A stretch of DNA of 64,000 nucleotides from Theionarchaea archaeon (GTDB taxonomy: Archaea > Methanobacteriota_B > Thermococci > Methanofastidiosales > SZ-28-30): positions 178,094-242,093 of the forward strand of contig JACVGT010000011.1 in NCBI GenBank assembly GCA_018992685.1, read 5' to 3'. The translations under genes and the position numbers were made by a program. Shown here one piece after another: positions 58,679 through 64,000 of this stretch (within the stretch, counting starts at the first letter, position 1; every line of letters starts with the position of its first letter). Under the pieces are notes generated by a model. The model was not told where the DNA came from. It saw only the letters and a program-made list of their open reading frames with translations, and made no database searches.

Positions 58679-59914
58679 ATGATGAGTCGAGTCACTGGGT
58701 TCAAGTTTTTCAGGAAGTATCCTAACGTCCTCGTCGTCTGCGCGGGAACTTTCATGTCAATGATCGGGTTTGGGATGATTTTCCCGTTCTTTCCTTTGTA
58801 TGCAGAACACTTTGGGGCAACCCCTTCCCAGATAGGGATGATTGCCTCTATGTTTGCTCTGACTCGAACTGCTCTGGCCACTCCTTTTGGAGCCCTTTCA
58901 GACAGATATGGGAGAAAGCGGATGATGATGGCAGGATTCTTATCATACAGTGTCGCCATGTCCTTGTTTGCTTTTGCACAGAGTGTGAACCACTTGTTTG
59001 TTCTCAGGGGACTACAGGGAGTGGCTTCTGCCATGGTATGGCCCTCAGCTCAGGCGGTCATTGCAGACTCGACAGAGCATGCTGACAGAGGGAGGGCAAT
59101 GGCATATTTTTCTGCCAGCTGGACTGTGTCCATGATCATAGGACCTGCATTCGGAGGGTTTATTGCTGGCTTTTATGGTTATGAGGCTCCTTTTCTGATT
59201 GCAGGCGGAATCATGATTCCAATCACTGGTTTGATCTATCTCTTTGTGGCTGAAACCATCAAGAGCCGCGTGAGTATCTTAACCGTAAAAGAGCCAGTGG
59301 CAAGAGGGCTGAGGCTCAGATTCAAAGAAATCAGAGAATCGCGATACTTCCTCACACTTTCAGGGCTCATGGTGGGCACTTTCATCACAACATTCGGTCT
59401 CACCTTGATTGAGCCCCTGCTCTCAATTTATGCACAGGAAAAGGTGAATGCAACCCTCACGGAGATCAGCCTGGCCTTTACCGTAATGGGGCTATCTGGG
59501 TTCCTGGTGAGAGTCGTGGGAAGTGGCATTCCTGACAGAATTGGAAGGAAGGCCCCTATCCTGTTTGGCAATCTGTGGGCTTCCCTTCTGACCTTCCCTT
59601 TGAGTATTGTCAGAACTCCGTGGCAGATGATTGGAATCCTCGGTGCTCGTTCTGCCGGTTGGGGGGTTTCTGATCCTGCCACTCAAGCTCTCCTTGCTGA
59701 CGTTGTGGATGAGAACAAGAGGGGGAGGATATTTGGGCTCTTCGGTTCTGTGGGTGGTGTAGCCATGATTGCTGGTCCCACGGTGGGAGGTGTTATCTAT
59801 GAATTGTATGGCGGAGAAATCTCTTTTGCCCTGTGCGGGGCATTGACGCTCATGGCTTCAATAGTACTTTTCTTCATGATTTCAGAGCCCTCTCATGAAG
59901 AGACCGCACTGTAA
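58679..59914 (+). CDS. MFS transporter (DHA1-like)
   Basis: GALSDRYGRK motif A, RGLQG, GPAFGG, 12 TMs. Confidence 0.92.
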   Translation: MMSRVTGFKFFRKYPNVLVVCAGTFMSMIGFGMIFPFFPLYAEHFGATPSQIGMIASMFALTRTALATPFGALSDRYGRKRMMMAGFLSYSVAMSLFAFAQSVNHLFVLRGLQGVASAMVWPSAQAVIADSTEHADRGRAMAYFSASWTVSMIIGPAFGGFIAGFYGYEAPFLIAGGIMIPITGLIYLFVAETIKSRVSILTVKEPVARGLRLRFKEIRESRYFLTLSGLMVGTFITTFGLTLIEPLLSIYAQEKVNATLTEISLAFTVMGLSGFLVRVVGSGIPDRIGRKAPILFGNLWASLLTFPLSIVRTPWQMIGILGARSAGWGVSDPATQALLADVVDENKRGRIFGLFGSVGGVAMIAGPTVGGVIYELYGGEISFALCGALTLMASIVLFFMISEPSHEETAL

Positions 59915-59992
59915 GGGGGAAGAGAAGGTTTAGAATCCAACCGACCTGGAACTGATGTGACGCCTGTTACAGGAGATGGTCGTCTCCTGAGA

Positions 59993-61042
59993 TCATTCCA
60001 TTACCGTTTCACATATGGTTCTTATTTGAGTTCCAACAACAGAAGGTGTGCACTTTTCCCTGAATGTGTCATATCCTTTTTCAGCCAGGAGCAGTCTCAG
60101 TTCCGGGTTTTCTTTTAGTGTTAATACAGCGCGTGCTATCCCTGTGGGGCTGGCGTGTTCTACGAAAAAAGCACTGGAATCATCAAGTAATTCTCTGTTG
60201 GCAGGGTTTTCGCTCACTACCACAGGTTTCCTCATGGCCAGGAACTGGAAAGTCTTTCCCGCGATCGTCCTGTGTGCTTTGCCGCTTTCAGAGAAGTGAC
60301 CTCCCAGACAAACAGCTGCTTTGGCGATGTCCAAGGGGAGCATATCATAGTCCACCCAGTCGATAAACTGTATGTTTCTGCACTGCAGCTTCTGGGCAAG
60401 ACACACGATTTTCCTGTGCTCAGGACCAGTACCCACTACGTGGAACGTAACGTCTGGATTGAGTTCAAGTTCTTTCGCTGCTTTCACGATGTATTCAATG
60501 CCCTGGAGTGGTCTGTAGGTGCCATAGAAGAAAACCATGAATTGACTTGACTGGGCCTCCCGGGGGTAGAAAACGGAATCATCAGCCCCTACAAACACAC
60601 GGTGAAATTTATTCTCGTCAAGACTGAAGGTTCTCACAAAATAGTCAATGTGGGCTTGTGTATCCAGAAGGACTGCATCGGCAGACTGGCATGATGTCTT
60701 GTCCAGCCAGTAGCAGAATTTGCCTGCTCCCGAAGTAGATGGGACCCACTTTCTGTCAAAGCAAATAGTATCATATGCTGAAAGAAATGCGTCAAATATA
60801 ATGGGTTTTCCAGTCATTTTCCTGATTAAGGGCACCAAGGGCTGACCGAAAAATCCAACGAAAATCATGTCAAAATCCTTCTTGCCAAAATACTTGAAGA
60901 GAGCCCTTAGATACCGAACAGGGTAATGTGAGGACAGGTCACAGCATTCAACAACGTCCACTCCCTGCTGCCTCAGCCCTTTCAGAATCACGGCATTTCT
61001 GACATACGTGGGTTTCTGTCCACAGATGAAAAGCACTCTCAT
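59993..61042 (-). CDS. Glycosyltransferase family 4
   Basis: GT-B fold, PLQGIEYI and KTFQFLAMRKPVV motifs. Confidence 0.88.
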   Translation of the reverse strand: MRVLFICGQKPTYVRNAVILKGLRQQGVDVVECCDLSSHYPVRYLRALFKYFGKKDFDMIFVGFFGQPLVPLIRKMTGKPIIFDAFLSAYDTICFDRKWVPSTSGAGKFCYWLDKTSCQSADAVLLDTQAHIDYFVRTFSLDENKFHRVFVGADDSVFYPREAQSSQFMVFFYGTYRPLQGIEYIVKAAKELELNPDVTFHVVGTGPEHRKIVCLAQKLQCRNIQFIDWVDYDMLPLDIAKAAVCLGGHFSESGKAHRTIAGKTFQFLAMRKPVVVSENPANRELLDDSSAFFVEHASPTGIARAVLTLKENPELRLLLAEKGYDTFREKCTPSVVGTQIRTICETVME

Positions 61043-61058
61043 TCCCGCACCTGACCTG

Positions 61059-62057
61059 CTATGTCCTCCCGTAGGTATCCCGGGTTCTCACGGTGTCCTC
61101 TGGATGGGGCGTGGAATATTCATTCAGGACCAGGTTCTCTATTGCGTGGATACTGTGGAGAGTATTGGGCTCAATTCTCACCGTTTCATTCTTGCGCAGG
61201 ACTACCTGGTGATCAGAGAATTCAACATACCCTTCTCCCCGGTAGACATGCAGTGTCTCATCCTTTTTCTCATGATAGTGCAGGGATGTGCTCTCCCCTT
61301 TCTTGATGTACAACTCTTTGGTTAGGTACTTGTCCGTTAACACGATAATCTTCTCGTAGCCCCAGGGTTTGTCCGTCTTGTTATGGTACTCTGATTGAAC
61401 TGTTTCCAAATCCTTGATGGAATCTACGGAATGCCAGAAAACATCATCTTCCTTGTAGCACCTGAGGGCCCCCGCCCTGGCTATTGATGGGAACACCAGC
61501 TTTTCTGCATCGCCTTCTTTGTAGTGTGCAAAATATCTCCTCAGACTGAAGGGGATGACGTATATACCTCCATTGATATGATGAGGAAGGATCGGTTTTT
61601 CCTTGAATGAGATTACCCTGCTGTCAGAGAGTTCTACAACACCAAAAGGAGAGACCAGGGGAGCCACATACATGAACATTTCATGCTCTGTGCAGTGATT
61701 CACCATTTCCTTGAGGTTAATATCGGTGACAATGTCGCCATTCATGATAATGGCATCCTTCTCAGTGGCCTGAAAGAGGTTATTCAGTGCGTAGAGTGTT
61801 CCTCCTGGTTTCTCTTCAATGAGGTACTCAATGGTGAGACCATCCCATGATTTTGAGTATCGCTCGTGGATTTTTTCATGGAGGTACCCTGCCAGCATGT
61901 AGATGTGGGTGATACCTGCAGTCTTGAAGTGAAGCAGTTGTTTGTCCAAGATGGTGTACCCTTCCCGTAGTTCAATTAGGGGTTTGGGCGTTTCCTGGGT
62001 TAAAGGACGCAGTCGGGTGCCGTAACCGCCACATAAGATGGCGCCTATGTAATCCAT
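61059..62057 (-). CDS. Sugar-1-phosphate nucleotidyltransferase fused to C-terminal cupin (mannose-6-P isomerase-like)
   Basis: GGYGTRLRP..PKPL, NGD, FKEKP; KPWG..SLHYH..ET cupin. Confidence 0.9.
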   Translation of the reverse strand: MDYIGAILCGGYGTRLRPLTQETPKPLIELREGYTILDKQLLHFKTAGITHIYMLAGYLHEKIHERYSKSWDGLTIEYLIEEKPGGTLYALNNLFQATEKDAIIMNGDIVTDINLKEMVNHCTEHEMFMYVAPLVSPFGVVELSDSRVISFKEKPILPHHINGGIYVIPFSLRRYFAHYKEGDAEKLVFPSIARAGALRCYKEDDVFWHSVDSIKDLETVQSEYHNKTDKPWGYEKIIVLTDKYLTKELYIKKGESTSLHYHEKKDETLHVYRGEGYVEFSDHQVVLRKNETVRIEPNTLHSIHAIENLVLNEYSTPHPEDTVRTRDTYGRT

Positions 62058-62292
62058 GGGATAGGTACTATGGGATTATATATATAGGTGCGTGTTACAG
62101 CGACTAACCTGATATTCTATAATCTGGGAAAGATCCACGAGAAATTCAGTTTTCGGTCGTCTGACAATCTTCTTTACGTGAGAGAGGTGTAGAGGTTCAG
62201 CAGGACCCAGGGGTGAGTGGTGATTACTATCCCACGATTCAGCACTGAGCTTACCAGTACTTGAAGGAAGTCCGGTTACAGTTCCAAGGTGG

Positions 62293-63801
62293 TCAGTCAA
62301 AATAACCCAAGGCGGACAATCGTTCTCGTATAGTTTCCTCCTCTTCTTTCGAATAGACCTTTTGATGATATTCTATCTGGGACTCTTCAGCTTCCTTTAT
62401 TGGAACCTCTTTCTTGAAGATGTTCATAACACATCCATCCATGTCAGAGGGTACAGGTAGCCCCAAAAGTGTCAATAGCGTTGGACAGACATCAAAGATG
62501 GAGTGCTCTTTCAGGATGCCCGTTTTCACGGGCGGTCCGCTTGCAATGAAAATGCCGTTCATTCTGTGATCTCCAGACTGAAGTGGCTCTGAAAACAGGG
62601 TTCCTATTCTCTGGGAACGAATGCTGTAGTGAGGTATGGCCTCCACGATCAAGTCGGGTGCATTGTCCACCCATGGACCGTGAAAGAGTTGATCCTTCCG
62701 GTACACCCGAGTGATGATAGGTTCTCCTGTATCTGGATCTTTTAGATCTTGGATTCTTTTTTCTATTTCAGCAAGAGTACCATCACATTTTTTCCGCAAC
62801 CATATGGAGGCGAAATGTGCATGTGAAAATGCATATGCACGAGATTCCGGATGTATGCGAGAAAGTACGTCTTTTGATCTTGAAAATACCATCTTGTAAC
62901 CCTTCTTCTGTAGAAAGTCTGGAAGTAGCAGAACAAATCTTTTAATGATGGCATGGTGTTTTATGAGTCCCGTTACCTTCTCAGGGGAGAGTACTTTCTC
63001 GAATGTCAGGGTCCTGATGTCAAGAAATCCTTCCCTTCTCAGCCATTCATTTATGTTGAAAACCTTTTTCGAGGGTCCCATTCCGTGATCTGAGACCACC
63101 ACCACGCAGGTCTGACTGTCGACACAGGAGAGGTACCTGCCCAAGATATCATCCAGCACCTTGTATGCGTCTTCCACTGCAGTGGAAAGAGTGTCATCCG
63201 CTCTGTAATGTGGATGGGTTTTATCCATGTAGTTCCAGTAGATGGTGGGAACAAAGTCTGAGAGATGGTATACAGTGAAGAAAAGATCCCATTTCTCTTT
63301 TTTCAGAATCTTTAGAGCTTTTTCGGTTTGATTGATCTCCCACTGAAACATCTTGGGCAGTGCTTTCTCTTTTTCCATTAACGATTCTTTGTCTATTTGG
63401 AATCTTCCAGAAAACCCTCTTTCATGAGGAGTGAGAATTCCTGACTTTATAATTCCGTTAATCCTTTCAGGGGGGCTTGTCATGGGTATATTGATGGCGA
63501 TAGATCTTTTTCCATGTTCATCCAAGAGATTCCAGAGTGCTTTACTCTTGCGAAATGTTGAGTTGACCACCCTTCCATCCTTATCCTGGAATCCGTAGAT
63601 ATTATGCTTCCCAGGATTTTTTCCTGTCACGAGTGATGTCCAGGCAGGTGCAGACACCGGTGGAATCACAGATATCAGGGGAGTTGATACACCTTGGGCA
63701 ATGAGTCTTGAGATGTGAGGGAGTATTCCTTTCTTGCTGAAGGGCTCTATCAGATCAAAGGTTGCGCCATCGAACCCTATGACAAGCAATTTCATGTTCA
63801 T
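62293..63801 (-). CDS. Alkaline phosphatase superfamily (nucleotide pyrophosphatase/phosphodiesterase) protein
   Basis: IGFDGAT, SAPAWTS, TGKNPGKH, SDHG, GDHR and RLSALGY motifs. Confidence 0.9.
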   Translation of the reverse strand: MNMKLLVIGFDGATFDLIEPFSKKGILPHISRLIAQGVSTPLISVIPPVSAPAWTSLVTGKNPGKHNIYGFQDKDGRVVNSTFRKSKALWNLLDEHGKRSIAINIPMTSPPERINGIIKSGILTPHERGFSGRFQIDKESLMEKEKALPKMFQWEINQTEKALKILKKEKWDLFFTVYHLSDFVPTIYWNYMDKTHPHYRADDTLSTAVEDAYKVLDDILGRYLSCVDSQTCVVVVSDHGMGPSKKVFNINEWLRREGFLDIRTLTFEKVLSPEKVTGLIKHHAIIKRFVLLLPDFLQKKGYKMVFSRSKDVLSRIHPESRAYAFSHAHFASIWLRKKCDGTLAEIEKRIQDLKDPDTGEPIITRVYRKDQLFHGPWVDNAPDLIVEAIPHYSIRSQRIGTLFSEPLQSGDHRMNGIFIASGPPVKTGILKEHSIFDVCPTLLTLLGLPVPSDMDGCVMNIFKKEVPIKEAEESQIEYHQKVYSKEEEETIRERLSALGYFD

Positions 63802-64000
63802 GAGGACACCACCTCTCAGTTCATAGTACGTATAAATCCTTTGCCCTTCAAGAGCTTGTAATAAGTAGGGACATGGGTAACAAAAGTAAGTAGAGACATG
63901 GGTAACACTTTGGCAGAAGGTGATCCCATTGGACGTGGTAACAGAACGATGGAAATTACTCCAACTGCCAGAGGAAGAACACCTCACAGTGACAGAAGCA

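Noticed and set aside
1-64000. tRNA, rRNA, IS elements, integrases, and the many short antisense ORFs in the track
   Set aside because: No cloverleaf, rRNA or transposase signatures noticed by eye (a tRNAscan/ISEScan run would be decisive); short antisense ORFs lie within well-supported genes

Overview
Gene-dense 64-kb stretch of an archaeal chromosome, judged from BRE/TATA promoters, GGAGGTGA-type Shine-Dalgarno (SD) sites, tgtA, alba, Orc1/Cdc6, Sm, Nre and archaeal NusA-like genes. The gene styles suggest a Thermococci-related lineage such as Theionarchaea (inference). Most genes are housekeeping or metabolic (tgtA, glnA, tdh-kbl, rnz, nadC, npdG, ppsA, ychF), with several surface or membrane proteins and the start of a glycosylation cluster at the right end. 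I recognised no rRNA, tRNA, CRISPR array or transposase. The most notable items are: (1) an ORF missing from the track at the left edge that resembles Kiwa anti-phage KwaA; (2) a duplicated pair of LysW-like zinc-ribbon acidic proteins lacking the canonical terminal EDWGE; (3) a stand-alone NLTPH-motif protein resembling the Crn4 ring nuclease, plus a solo Cas4; (4) a receptor-like protein combining a RING-type zinc finger, one TM helix and a beta-propeller; (5) four unlisted small ORFs (24-55 aa), two with a full promoter/SD/terminator set, including a 55-aa peptide ending SWYNW; (6) a long GAA/GAA internal-loop hairpin between a molybdopterin oxidoreductase and a methyltransferase. All family calls come from motif recognition, not database searches.
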